64,000 bases of DNA from Euglena gracilis (taxonomy: Eukaryota): NCBI GenBank assembly GCA_039621445.1, contig CP154954.1, positions 40,603,572 through 40,667,571 on the forward strand, written 5' to 3'. A model generated the notes under the pieces. It was given only the letters and a program-made list of their open reading frames with translations. It made no database searches and had not been told where the DNA came from. Each line of letters starts with the position of its first letter. Within the stretch, counting starts at the first letter, position 1. Shown piece after piece: positions 24,501 through 37,437 of this stretch. The translations under genes and the position numbers were made by a program.

Positions 24501-26463
24501 ATCCATTTTGGGGGGTTTGGGGTTTATCCATAAATATCCATAATCTCTGATGTTATTTTTGTGTGTTTGGCGTTCATATGCGGAGAGTGAGAATGGTGAG
24601 ATGCATAATTCTTTTAGAACGCTTGCTTTGTCAGCCGGGGAGGTGCATGATTATTGGGGAACAGCCATGCCCTGGGGGAGCCTCCGGCAGCCTGGAGGGA
24701 AGCGATAGTGACGGCACAGCCTGGGCTGCTACCGGGGTCGTCGAGGCCGGGGGCTGGGCCGCTGCCCCGGCCCCAGTGGGGGCGGGGGGCGGGGCGGGGG
24801 TGTGGTGGAGCAGCTGGCGGGCCGCCGGGGACAAGATTTGGGCCGGGGCGAGTCCTGTGCTGGGCGAGGGGCCCCCGAGATGACGCCAGCGCTGACAAAC
24901 ACAAAAAAAACAGAGTCTCGGGGAGCATTTTTTTTCTAAGTACGAAGGGCACCCCCCCCCTTGTGCCAACCATTTCCGAGACATTGCCGTGTGGGTGTCA
25001 AACCAATCCCCTGGTGTCCCCGGTCCCCAGGTTTTCGAGAAAGCCTTTGGTTGGACGGCATTGTGAAAGAACAAAGAACAAAGATCCCTGTGTGGCTGTC
25101 CCCAAAATTTTGGTACGGAGGGGGGAGGTGTCCTTCGGGGAGGGGTACCAATCCGCCCGACTCCGGGGGGGGGGCACACTTTGACCCCCCTCACTATGTA
25201 AGACCTGTCTCTTGGTGACTCCCGATGAAGAAAATTAACAGCGCATCAAAAACATTGTGACTCAAAAGACTTCACTGGGTAAAAACAGAAGACGGACAAT
25301 GTCGAAGATGGGCACTGTGGTGGGCAGAAAGGAAAGGAGTGCCACATCTTCATTTGATACACCCACGTGTTGCAATTGCCAGAGTTAATGCTATGGCATT
25401 CATACAACACAACTGGGGGGGTTCGCAGAATGGCAATGAACAAACATTGATGGACCACTGTCCTTGAAGGGGCTGCAGAACAACAAAAAAACTGTCAACC
25501 ATTGCACCACTCCTGAGCACATTGTCTTTTATTTCTGCTCCATTGGATTCCGGGAGAAAGGATCCAGCAATGGGCTGAGTGGGACTTCCTCCCAGTTGGT
25601 CACCAACGGATGGGGATTGGCCACATTCCGCTTGGCCATGATTGGCGTGCCAGGTGAACACGATCGGCCGTTTTCCGGGGGTTTTGCTGCAAGACTGTTT
25701 TTTCTTTGTGATCCCTGGAGGGTGGAATTCCTCTTTCCATCCGGAGGAGGGTGTCTTCTGGGGGTGCGGGGTGCATGCCTTGAAGGCAAACAAAAAAGGC
25801 TCCAACGGGGCATTGGGTTGAGAACAATTCAGCCCTGGCAATAACAATTCAGCCCTGGAGAGAAATGTGCGACGCAAAAATGTGGAGAAAAAAGACACAA
25901 AGACGTTGAATAAATGACGAAAGCTTGACTTTGCGCATTTCTTTTGGGTCCACATGAAACAAAAAAAACCAACATGATTTTTGTTAGTTTGGGAACATGT
26001 TCAAGCTGAAGAAGCAATTGTGCTACCAAAAAAAAACATACAATGAAAATATTGCCTAAAATTTGGGTCAAAAGAGAATATGGTGTGAAATTTTGTTGAA
26101 ATGGAAATCATTTCCAAACCCAACAAATCTCCAAAAAAAACACACACAAAATAAACGCAGGAAAATGCGTGAGTCCCTCCCTCTGATGATTCCCCATCCA
26201 CTCATTGGACACTCGAGGTTGGATGCACTAACCCCCTCCCAATAAATCCGGGGGTGCGCACGTTTTAGGCACCAAATGTCGGCCCCTAATTCTCATTACA
26301 AATTTGGTGCCAAATGATCAATCTTTTCCACACCACCTTTTCACAGACATCCAATATCTTCAGGTTTTTGATGATGGGTTAAACTCAACGACAGCCTGTT
26401 TGCCACCACGGGAGATGTCGTTGATACAACGTCTGTAGTCGCCCGGGTGTCGATAAATGTGAT
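15560..26463 (-). CDS. Probable distal low-complexity exons of the same phosphatase-like gene (Pro/Gln/Ser-rich tail)
   Basis: GC-rich minus-strand segments, mostly with AG/GT borders, near 26463-26395, 25687-25540, 24887-24672, 24110-23975 (polyQ), 23896-23786, 23580-23495, 22371-22130, 21935-21710, 21525-21410, 20518-20437, 19884-19693, 18270-18197, 17853-17770, 16645-16487 and 15716-15560. Phases were not all verified. Confidence 0.6.
16107..16215. repeat. (CA)n microsatellite
   Basis: Visible CA run; a (GAAA)-type run is also present at 16671-16717. Confidence 0.9.
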
Positions 26464-26794
26464 CTGAAGGTTGATAGGTCGGGGCTTTCAGGGCAAATGC
26501 ACAGAAAAATGAACTTTCTTTTGACAAAACGCAGAGAAAAATCAGAAAAAAAGACATGCCTGAAATCGCAGCATTTTAAGCTCAATTTGCAAATGGATCC
26601 AAAAGCATTCACTTCAATAATCATTGCAAATAAATCAATAAATCAAGCGATGCTCACACTACAAACGTGATCCATCAGATATTAATCAATCACGAATTGT
26701 CAGCCTTGTTCACTGATTGGACTGTATTGCACTGGAATCCAAAAAAAGAATGCAAGGGACAAAAAAGGTACATAAAGAAACGAGGGAGAACAAC

Positions 26795-29700
26795 CCGCTT
26801 CTTCTTCTTTTGGCCATTGACTCCTGAAGACTCATAATGGACCACTGCCTTGCGTAGGTCCACATTCTGCTCCGCGTTGTACGCGAGGCTGTTGAAATAC
26901 TGTGGAAGGGCAGTAATGACTCTCTGAACTGCGCACTTCTCATCGTTGGACTGAAACCAATTTTTGCAAAAAACCCATGCGCGAAACAAAATTCTGGGAC
27001 AGATCCTTCTGCAAGACCAATGGAAAAAGAACCCTTGAATTGGAATTCAAAAAGGGTCACATCACCCCCTGAAAGTGGGCCAACCCATACCCCCCACACC
27101 CCCGCACACCCGCGTGGCATCTGGTTGATACTTTTTCCGGTGCATCATTTTGTGCGGGACCCATTAAACTGTCCCGGTGCCTGGGGGGTTTCCGCCAGGG
27201 GTTTTTTTTAAGACCAGGGGGGGGGGAGGGGGGGTCCCAGGGGACCCACAAAAAATGGCCGAAAAATCGCGAAAATGCTAAAAACAGCACTTTTTTGGTG
27301 CCTTTGGGGCCGAAAAGTATATCCCACCCCCTCCGGGGGGACCCCCCCCGGGGGGGGCTCGGCCGGACCCACCCACCCTACCCCCCCTCCCCCCCCGGGG
27401 GTCCACGACTAAAAAAACCCCTGGTTCCCGCCCCCCCCCCCCCGGGGGTCCACGACTAAAAAAAACCCCTGGTTTCCGACCCCCCCCCCTGGATCCCCCC
27501 CGGGGAAAAAATATACCTGATCTGTGTCTAACGACTCGTTTTGCAGGAAAATCTGGGGACCAATTAAACCAGGTTTTGAACAATGCTGACTTGCATGTGA
27601 TGGAAGGCCGAAAAGACTAGCATTGCAAATTTTGCATAATTTATGAATTACAAATTACACACCTGCAATTTACGGTAACTTTCAATGATTTTAACCCCCC
27701 CCATACCACCCCTATCTCTTTTGTTGGCTTTTTCGACTTTTTGGCCCAAAATTCACCCACAGTCCATGGGTTTCGGGCAAAAACGGGGCGCTGGCAGGTC
27801 GAAAAACGCTCATTTTCGGCGCAAAAACAGGTTTTCCGCGTCCGGGAGGCCAAAAAACATGGTTTCGAGCAAAAAAAAATTCGATTTTTTTTCGACTGTT
27901 TTGACCCGGAAATGACCCAAATTCAATGGGTTTCGGGCCAAAAAAAACGGGGCGCCAGGGGGTGGAAAAACGCTCATTTTCGGCGCAAAAACACGTTTTC
28001 CGTGTCCAAGAGTCCAAAAAACATCGTTAAGGGCAAAAAATTTTTTCGTCCTTTTCACCCAAAAAAAAAGGCCAAAAAAACGGCCAAATCAAAACAGGCC
28101 AAAACTGTACAAAATGGCCAAAATTGGCCGAAAAATGACCGTAACTCGGGCTAGGCGGGGAGTTGCGGGGTAATCAAAATACTGTTAGATAGGGCATTTT
28201 TATACAAAAATCGACCGGCACTAACAGATTCAGCAGGGGCGCCGGGCGCGAGCGAGCGAAGCGAGCTGCCCGGCGCCCCTGCTGAATCTGCTAGTGTCGG
28301 TCGATTTTTCTAAAACCTATTTTGTCTGGGCCCGACGCCTGTCTTGATATTCATTCGACCGAACCGCCTGGACGGAAATATGGTCAAAAAGAGGGTTTTT
28401 GGCCCATTAACGGGCGCCTGTATGGAAGTCGACTGACATAAACGGCGCCTGAATGGAAATCGACTGACATAAACGGGCGCCCGAATGGAAATCGACTTAC
28501 ATAAACGGGCGCCTGAATGGAAATCGACTGACATAAACGGATTCCGGTGTCTTGGAAATCGACCGACCTTTTGTTTCCTTTTTTTGAATGCCCTTTTGTT
28601 CCGTTTTGGGACATTTTAAATTTCAGCCTGAAATCCGTTAATGTCGACCAACATTTTGTTCCTTTTTCGGAATGCCTTTCTCTTCCATTTTGAAAGGAAC
28701 AATCTCTATATCAAGAACTGTGTCTTAAACGCAGACTCTGACCTGAGTCTGCGTTTCGAAAGGCCGAAACAGACTCAGCATTTCGAAACACAGACTCAGG
28801 TCAGAGTCTGCGCTTTTTTAGAAACACAGATTTTGACCAAAACCATGTTGCTAGGAACACAGCCTTGCAATAGAATAGAATTGCAATACAGGCGTCGAGC
28901 CCAGAAAATAGGTTTAAGGTTGCCAAATCACTCCTCACCCGAAAAGTTTTCTTTCAGATGACCAGTGATGACAACTGGTTCAGGGCAAATTTGCCGAATG
29001 CTTTTTCCGAAGTTCCAGAAAATGGCAATCTTAAGTTCCGTCCTTCCGTCTGTTCCATCCAAAGTTCAGCCAGCTGTGATCACCTGACCACAAAATTTGG
29101 TTTTTGTCTGGTCCATAACGCTTCCACAACCCCATAGGACCAAAAATGTCGAAAAAAAAGGGAAATCCAAAATGTCCAAAAAGTCACTAAAAATTCCCAA
29201 TCTGACCAGCAACAGATTTCAATGGAATGGAAATCGACCGACATAAACGGGCGCCTGAATGGAAATCGACCGACATAAACGGGCGCCTGAATGGAAATCG
29301 ACTGACATAAACGGGCGCCTGAATGGAAATCGACCGACATAAACGGGCGCCTGAATGGAAATCGACTGACATAAACAATTTCAGCCTGAAATCCGTTAAT
29401 GTCAGTAGAATTTCAAGACAGGTGTCGGGCCCAGAAAATAGGTTTTAAAGGCTTCAAGTTAGGTCTCCGGACATTTCCTTTGATTCCCCACGATTTATGA
29501 GAAATTTTGGAAAAATTGGTTTTTTGACCCAAAACAGGGCCCTGGTTTTGGAAGGGGGTCCCCCCTCCGAGATTCCCATACAAGCCGGGGCCCCCATACC
29601 GGGGATGGGGATATGGGGGGTATCTGAGCTTTTATCTCTTTAGAGTAAGAGCGAAGCTTACCCCTGGGGAAAAGGGGGGGTTGGACCCCCCCCGCCCCCC

Positions 29701-32700
29701 CAGAGCGGCAGAAAAAAAAAAAAACCCCCCACTCCCAAAAATGGAAACAAAAACAAACCAAAAAAAAAAAACAAAAACAAACAAAAACTTTGCCACCCCT
29801 AACTCGAGCCCCCCCGGGGGGTCTGCTCTCTTAAAGTCCAGGCACTGTTCCGGTCCGGCCCAGGTGGGCTTTCTTCCCACCCCCCCTGAAATTGACGCTC
29901 CCACCTCTCACCGCATCCTGTGTGCCTGGCCTTTTCTTGTCTGTTAGCCCTAATGTTCCTCCGACTCCCCCCCCCCACAAAACAATTAGGTTTTGGCGAT
30001 GGGATCCCAAAAAAAAAATAAAAAAACCTCAACAAATGGAAAAACAACCCAACCCCCCCCAAAAAACGGACTGGTGCTAATGTACCCATATTTGCCAGCT
30101 GTTGCTGGTGGGTATGAAAGCAGAAACCTTCACATACATCCTTGGTTACTTCTCCAGTCCCCACCCCCCCCCCCACTCTGGTGATCCCCCTGATTGCCGG
30201 GATGGCGTTCCAACGGCTTCAAATTTGGTCTCCGGACATTTCCTTTGATTTTGGTTCATTTTTGAGATATTTTGAAAACATCGTTTTTTTGACGCCGAAA
30301 ACAGCCCAAAATGGCCCCTGAATTGGGCCAAAATTGGCCGAAAAATGGCCGTAACTCGGGCTACACGAAGAGTTGGGGGAAAAATAAACCATCCAAGGGC
30401 TTCCGGACTTTTCCTTTGATTTTACTTCATTGTGGATATATTTTTGAAAAATCGACTTTTTGACAAAAAAATGGCCAAAAAACACTCCCAAATGACCGTT
30501 TTGGGCCTCAAAACCACGCCAAAACAAAATGGCGAATGGGGGTGATAGAGGGCCCCCGGGGGTACATTTCGTCAGACCGAAATTTCCGGAAATAATGTAC
30601 GTTTTCTCGAGATATTTTCGAAAAATCGATTTTTGACCGATTTTTGGACCCCGGCAAAATGGCAGAGTCGGAAGGGGGGGAGCAATCCTACCCAGTTTGG
30701 ACCCTTCGCGCGTGAATAACTCGGGCCTGGCGAGGAGTTGCGGGTCAACCGGAGGTGATTCGGAAACTAGAAATCCAGTCGCTCGCGACTGAAAAAAAAC
30801 GCAAACGGAGCCGGGATCATGGTGATAATCCGTCGGTTCCCGAGGTGGCCCGAGGGGAGGGGGCCCCCCTCCTATCCAGGCTTTTGCTTAAAGACCTCGG
30901 GGGGGGGGGGGTACTGGCCAGCCAGTCGGCTAGACACTGGAAAAAATGGACTAGCTAGACACCCTGTGTGCACTGTGGCTGTTTTTGGGTGCCTTTTATC
31001 CCTTCTTCTGGACTGGCACTGTTGTTCGCCTCTGGCCCTTTTGTCTGTGTACGTGGAGGTGGCCTAGCTAGACCCCGGGGGGGGGGGGTCTGGGGTCCCG
31101 CCAACTGGAAAAAAAATTTCCTCCGGCGCTGCGCGCCGAGGTGGAAATGAGATTTTTAATAGGTTTTTGGCTGATTTTGTTCCAAAAAATTCCCAAAAAT
31201 GGCCAAAACCAGGCATCTTTGGCCATCTTTGGGAGTCCCCCAAAAAATTTCCGGCGCTTTGCGCCGGTCACTGGAAATTTTTTTTCCACTAGCTAGCCCT
31301 GCTGGCAGACCCCCCCCCCTGGGGGGTCTAGAAATCCCACTAGCCAAATTTGGACTAGCTGCAGTCCAGCCCCCCCAGGGGGGGGGTACTGCAATCCCTT
31401 AAGCAGAAGCCTGCTCCCATCTCCAGTTTTTGGCCGCTGGAACTTCTCACCATTGAGTGCAAAATTTGAGCCCCAAGGGGGAGGGGGTGGGGGACCCTCC
31501 CTCCAAAACTGGGGGGTGAGGGACCCCCCCCCTACCACCTTACCCCCTGGGAGTGACCACCCCCCTACCACCCACCTCATGCCTGTGGAGCTTCCCACAC
31601 AACCCTGGGGGCCCACTCGATGCCATGTGTGCAAACCAGGACCATATCATTGCTTAAAACGTCCGATCCCCCCCCACCAAGACACTGACAGGTATTTTTT
31701 TAGAGCCTCCGAAGACGGGGGGTCGATCACTGCCCACTGGGGCAGTGATTGACCATTGGGCCAAAATGGCTCAACCCCCCCCCCCAAATTTCCAGTGTCT
31801 TTGGCGCTGGTGGGCCGGTTCGGCCGATCCTGGCTGGCCCCGGAGGGGAGGTGGAGCAAAAAAGAAAAACAACCTTCGTTCACATCACATACGCAGCGGT
31901 GATTGTTATGTTTCAAAAAACATTAAATCCATAACCCTCTCCTCCTTCTATGCAAACTTGCTCCCAACCAACCTGCCAAAATATTGTTCCCCCTGGCCCC
32001 CGGGAGCGCCATTTGGATCGCCGAAGTTCCAGTTAGGATTATTTGGCAAAATTTTCTGTTTTGGGGAAAGTTTTGAATCCAAAACACGTTGTGAAAATGC
32101 ATCATGGAAGTAATTTTTCTCATGAAATTTGTGAAAGTTTGTTCCGTTTTCAAACAAACAATGATGATAAATGACAAATAATAATAAATGTGGTGGAAAT
32201 CATGCAAAATTAACAAAAAAATGTGATTTTGACTCTCAGGGAAACATGATTTTCTTGAGAAAATGGGGGATACCATTGGATTGGCTGAAAATCCAGTCCC
32301 AGAGCGAGAAAATGATTCTTCTTTTTCCGAACCCTGTCCTGGTGCCTCTTTCCCCCAAAAATTTTGCAAATATAAAAATCCCCCTGATGACCACTGTGAA
32401 TATTGCGGGCAAGACAAAGAAGCACACTGTGTTCTTCAGAACCCATTGCTCGTTGTCCAGTGGGAGCCGGCTTGTGTCTACTCCAGGGGAGAAGATATCC
32501 ATCTCAAGTTCATGCCTGTGACGCAAAATTGTGGTGCTCATCATTGATTCCACACAATGCGGACAAAAATTATGGGGGACAAAAATAAAGGGAAAAATAA
32601 GTGGGAAAATGTGATTTTGGAGGGGAAAATACATGTGAATCTTCAAAATTTCAGAGAGAACTTCAGTTGTAACGAAGAATGAAGACTTTTTGCGAAAAAA

Positions 32701-35700
32701 AGTCAAAATGGACTTCTGGTGGTTCTGTCGTAATTTTTCATTTTGAAATAAATCCCAAATTGACAATATCGCAGAAGCCGGTCTTTTTGTGTGTGAAATT
32801 AGACAGCCCCTTTCCCAAAGGGTATGGGAAAGGAACACCGGACAAGAATTACGGTGAAAAAAATGTGGGAAAGTTGGTTGGAGCAGCACAACTGGCAGCT
32901 CGTTCAAAATTAAGGCAAAACAAATCACAACAATATGTTAAAAAAACACGTTTTTTGAAAAAAGCACCGTTGAAGGTCCTGGGCGTATATTTTTTTCACC
33001 ACCCCCGAATGGGAGTTTCTGAAGGCATTTGGGTGGGTTTTGAGTCATTTGCCTTCATATTTGAATGATAAATTTGGAGGGGGGTCTTAAAAACTCTTTC
33101 AGAGGTGGGGTGGACTTAAAACTGGTGGTTGGAGCGACAAATCACTCCGACCACCAATGGTCGCTAGGCCATCACCAACAGTCGCTAGCGACCACCAAAA
33201 AATCCATCACCAATTTCCCGCAATGAGCCCATTTTAGGCAAGTGGATACAAAAAAAATTAACTGGCTGGCTAGCCCTGCCAGCGGACCCTCCGTCCTTGT
33301 GTTTAAAACACAGGACTCAGGACGGAGAATGCTTCCGAGCAGCAGTTTTTGCAACAGAAGATGTCCTCCAATTTGTCCTCGGTCAGACGGCGATAACACC
33401 CTCATGGTCGACGGGCTGCATGCACAGCATTCAACCCAGCACAGCTGGAGTTTTTTGTTTTGAGAAAAAAGCATGTTTTTTATTATTTATTGAAAAAGCA
33501 TCTTTTTTGGCTTCGCTTTGAACAAGCTGCCAGCTGCCCTGGAGTTTGGATGGACAGACATTCCAAAAAAGCACACTGCAGGCACAAAAAAATTGGCAAG
33601 TCTCAAAAACTTGCAAAAGAGTTCCAAAACTGCCAGACCACAGAGTCCCAAATCTCAGAAATGGCTATGGGCAGGCACCTCCAAAAACCCGACCTCCTCC
33701 CGCCTTCTCACTTGAACGCCCAATGTGGAAAACAAAAATGCGCAAAAAGCACTGGTGTTACAATTTTCTCAGCTTCATTTTCAGCTTCACACTTCCATGT
33801 TTAATTCCACAACCAAGAGTGGAACAGGTTTGGCTACCGCAAAAAAATTGGTGCTCCCGGAAATACGGGAAGAGGTGGTGGGGGGGGTTGACCCCCCCAC
33901 CCACCATGCAGGGGGGGGGGTCGACCCCCCCCCACCCACCACCCTGGCTGTTCGACCGATTCCCGTTCTGCCCTGGGGGGGGGGGGTTGTGGGTGGGTGG
34001 GTAAGACCACTTTGACCAAAGTGTCCTTGACCAAGGCCACTTTGACCAAAGTGTCCTTGACCAAGGCCACTTTGACCAAAGTGTCCTTGACCAAGTCCTA
34101 ACACGCAGAGGGGCTATTTTATTTATTATTTTGCCTTTCACACACAAAGGGATTTTGTTAGGGTGCGCGTTTTGGCCATCCTTGCCTTGCACACACAAGG
34201 GGATATTGCTATTTTGGGTGGGGGTCCTGGGGGGAGCGGTAGCCCCCCCCCTGGAGGAGGCCATAGGCCGACTAAGTTTGGGACGTTTGGGACATATGGG
34301 ACGTTTTTTTTTGAGGGTGCGCGTTTTGGCCCTCCTTGCGTTGCACACACGAAGGGATTTTCCTGGGGTGCCTTTGGCCATCCTTGACTTGCACACACAA
34401 GGGAATATTGATTTTTGGGTGGGGGGGGGGTCCTTTGTATGCTTCTATGAAAACCATGGCGGTTCAACTGACCACATGGTCAGCCCGACCTCCAATTGGT
34501 TGTTACCGACCATATGGTTGGTTACAAACAGGTCGGGCCGACCATGGTCGGCCCGACCTCTAGTCAAAAGTCCTTTGAAAAAGGCGGGGTAATGCGTTCA
34601 TTGGCTATGCTCATCGACCTCTAGTGGTCGGCCTGACCATGGTTGGCCCGACCACATGGTCGGCCCGACCTAGGTCGGCACGACCTCGGGATCGTCATAA
34701 CCAATCATCTGCCCGGGGCCGAACCTTTTTGAAAATAAAAAGAAGCCTGACCCATGGCACACCCCCCGGGGGGGTCCCAGGGCCCCAACCCACCCGTGCT
34801 CGAACCCCCCGGGAACCAAAAAATTGATTTTTTTTTCGCTCAAACACACTTTTTTTTTCTTCACTTCAGAACATCAAAAAAAGTGTTTTTGAGCGCAAAC
34901 AAAATTTCCGACCCGGACCCCCCATGCCCCCCCTGGCTGGGCCCGCCCCCGGGAGAAATCACACAGGTGTTACACCTAACGGTTACCAAAAAAAGTGGGT
35001 GTGGGTTTGCGTCTGGGAACCCCCCCCCCCGACAATGTCCCATACCCCCTGCCACGGGACACAGCCGGTCCTAAAGGAATTTTATTGACCCCGACAGTGT
35101 TCCCCCCCCCCCCGATTGTGTCCCATGTCCGCCCTGCCGGGTACGGGACTGGTGGTGAATCTGTGGTCGACCCCCCCCCCACCCCCACCGACCCCCTCGC
35201 CGTGCCATTTCACTCCTTCTCCGTCTTGTTTCAGACCCACCTGCCACATCATGACCTACCTCACCCCAAAGATTTTTTGGGTGTTTTTTCCCACCCAAAA
35301 ATTCATCACCAGTTGTGGCCTTCTGCACACCGCTTTGCATAAGTCTTCAGCTGCCTGATGAAGTAAGGTTGAATTGCCATGTCTGGGTGCGCAGTGATCA
35401 TGAAACTCAGAGTGTTTGTCAAAGACCAGCCAAACTTCAGCATCAGGTAGGCCACTACTACAGCACAGCACCTCGCTGGGGAAAATTGGCAAGGGGAAGA
35501 CAGCAAAACATTCCATACATGTCCCATCACGAGAATGCACCAGCACGCACTCCCCTTTCTCCAATCCTTTCTCAATGAACTGATAAATCTGAGCAACATT
35601 GCGGTCCTGGGAAAGAGAACTTGGGAGTTTGCACAAATCCAGAGACGGAAAATTACCTCGGGGTCAAAAAGAGTTGTGGTTGTTGCATCACGCCAGGGGA

Positions 35701-35869
35701 ATGAAAGGTAATTGATGCCTGCTTGTTGATACAAATTCGGGGTCTCCGTTGCGGCACAGTTGATGATGTGCGACACTTTATTCAGGAAAAGGAACTCCTC
35801 ATCCTGGGACGAAACCGCATTTCCAACAAAGATGCCATCTTTGATGCGGACTGCAAGGAGTCCCGCCAT
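26795..35869 (-). CDS. Dual-specificity phosphatase-like protein, conserved N-terminal exons; catalytic Cys replaced by Ser
   Basis: GT-AG exons 35869-35657, 35606-35519, 35475-35331, 32515-32428 and 26899-26795 join in phase: MAGLLAVRIKDGIFVGN...KVSHIINCA...ECVLVHSRDGTSRCCAVVVAYLMLKFGWSL...YFIRQLKTYAKRHELEMDIF...WVLKNTYFNSL...KKKKR. Confidence 0.9.
27725..28160 (+). repeat. ~120-bp-unit repeat family (TTTTCGACTTTTTGACCC...GTCGAAAAACGCTCATTTTCGGC)
   Basis: The same units recur at 61.45-62.13 kb and 62.6-62.8 kb. Confidence 0.8.
28201..29447 (+). mobile_element. Hairpin+IR element family D (non-coding) with 31-bp subterminal tandem repeats
   Basis: Hairpin 28206-28309; IR TAAAACCTATTTTGTCTGGGCCCGAC at 28311 versus 29408-29447; GGGCGCCTGAATGGAAATCGACTGACATAAAC arrays at 28412-28540 and 29227-29376; extra right end near 28880-28917. 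Confidence 0.8.
30877..31413 (+). mobile_element. hAT-type MITE family 1
   Basis: CAGGCTTTTGCTTAA...TTAAGCAGAAGCCTG; 8-bp TSD CTCCTATC/CTCCCATC. Confidence 0.88.
30961..31063 (-). mobile_element. Truncated retroposon-like insertion
   Basis: Flanked by 10-bp duplication CTAGCTAGAC; homologous to the start of the repeats at 49836 and 50743. Confidence 0.7.
34007..34095. repeat. 30-bp tandem repeat x3 (CCACTTTGACCAAAGTGTCCTTGACCAAGG) built from two mini-palindromes
   Basis: Directly visible. Confidence 0.9.
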
Positions 35870-36787
35870 ATTAATCGGCGGGCATCGTCCAATTTCCTGC
35901 AGCACGACAAAAATTGAAGAAACAATGTCTCGAAACTGTGTTTTGGCCAAGAGTTTCGAGGGACCCCCTGGCTCCCCCTGACTCTCAGCCGAAACACAGT
36001 TCTTGACTTAGACGCCCAGAGGGTCTGAATTTTAATGAATTTTAAAATTTTCGGGGAAAAACTTTGGGACAAACAGAGCACATCAATTAAACGAATAACT
36101 GGGCCCTTCGGTGAACTGGGGGCTAGGTGCGCCGCTCGGGGGATCTGGGACCCGCGCGGCCCCCAACGCCCCCCCCCCCCTCGACCCCCCTCCCCTCACT
36201 GTGCCTAGCATGCCCAAGAAAAAAATTTCGCGAAAAAAATCGCGACTTTCTTTAAGCCCAAAGATGGCCCAAAATGACCATTTTCGGACAGAAGATGGCA
36301 ATTTTGGGGGCTGCGCGCTCCGCAAATTTCGCCGCAGAGCGCGCGGCCAAAAAAAGCATTTTTTTTTTTACACAAAAATCGTCCATGTCACCCGGACACA
36401 CCGTGTGTCCGGGTTATGGGCGCCGAAGGCGCCCATAACCCGGGTACACGGTGTGTCCGGGTTACAATGGACGATTTTTGTCTATATCCGTTGACTAAGA
36501 GGCCCAAGACACACACTGTGTCTCGTGGAACTTAGCCACGCAATGTCTACCCCGTATTTTTTTGCGATTTTTTGTCAAATTTTCAGTTCACGAGGACACA
36601 CACTGTGTCTCGTGGACTGCCAGTCCACGAGACACAGTGTGTGTCCTCGTGAACTGAAAAAATCAAGAATTCCCACTGGTCCGACCAACAAGTGCCCCCC
36701 AATAACTTGGCTCAGAGCATAAAGGTTTCTCGTGGACAAGTTTTACCACATTCCACTATCTGTCCTTGCAGTTTTTTCTTTCGGAAA

Positions 36788-37437
36788 ATGAAGAAGACCG
36801 CAAACAGTGTGGACCGCATGCTCCCCCGACCCCCGAAACCAGATGAATTTGTTGCTACACTGGAAAAGTATTTGGTCGATTTGCAGAAGGGCGCTGCTGT
36901 TGACCCAGAACAGTGTTTTGGGCCAAGGTTTTAGGGGGGCCCAGGGGCGACCGCGGCGCCTTCGGCGCCGCGGTCCCCGCCCCTGGGCTCCCCCTAACTC
37001 TTGGCCCAAACACAGTTCTTGACACAATACACGGTACGTTGTTGGCCAACGTGTTGGAAGAGAACCCAAAATGGACCGCAAAGGCTGAGCGTGTAGCTGT
37101 TACACGCCTGTTGGAGTTCCAGCAGGCGTGTAAACATCTGAACGCTCAGTATGAGGACCTGGATGGCTTTTTTTCCGCATGGGCTGGTTGGGTCATTGAC
37201 CCCAGATATTTGTTTGATGAGGCTACCCTCATCAATCAAGCTGAGCAACAACGCCGGGCACAGTGTGGCACCACATTCAAATTCGAGACATACCTGCCTT
37301 CTACTGTCCGAGGTCATTTCAACTCTCTCGCACGGGTGTTCACATCTGTTGACCCGGACGGCATTCTGGTTCCATCTTCCAAAAAACAGTTTCCGCAACT
37401 GAACCGCCTCATGACGTCGGCTCTGTGTTGGTCAGTA
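36788..37437 (+). pseudogene. Tyrosine recombinase N-terminal remnant
   Basis: Same protein as 45249-46391, interrupted by a ~120-bp insert at 36908 and lacking ~610 bp of the catalytic/PHD region. Confidence 0.85.
36908..37026 (-). mobile_element. Short hairpin element (family F), no clear TSD
   Basis: Absent from the paralogous site at ~45368. Other copies at 42287-42477 and 47441-47631, and a diverged one at ~35926-36007. Confidence 0.85.

Noticed and set aside
28412-29376. 31-bp repeats as a CRISPR array
   Set aside because: Head-to-tail with no unique spacers, no cas genes, eukaryotic context; they are subterminal repeats of a mobile element.
33310-33420. Cys-rich fragment (CYRRLTEDKLEDIFCCKNC, minus strand) as a phosphatase exon
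   Set aside because: Exon 3 joins 32515 in phase without it and there is an upstream in-frame stop; probably a relic within an intronic repeat.
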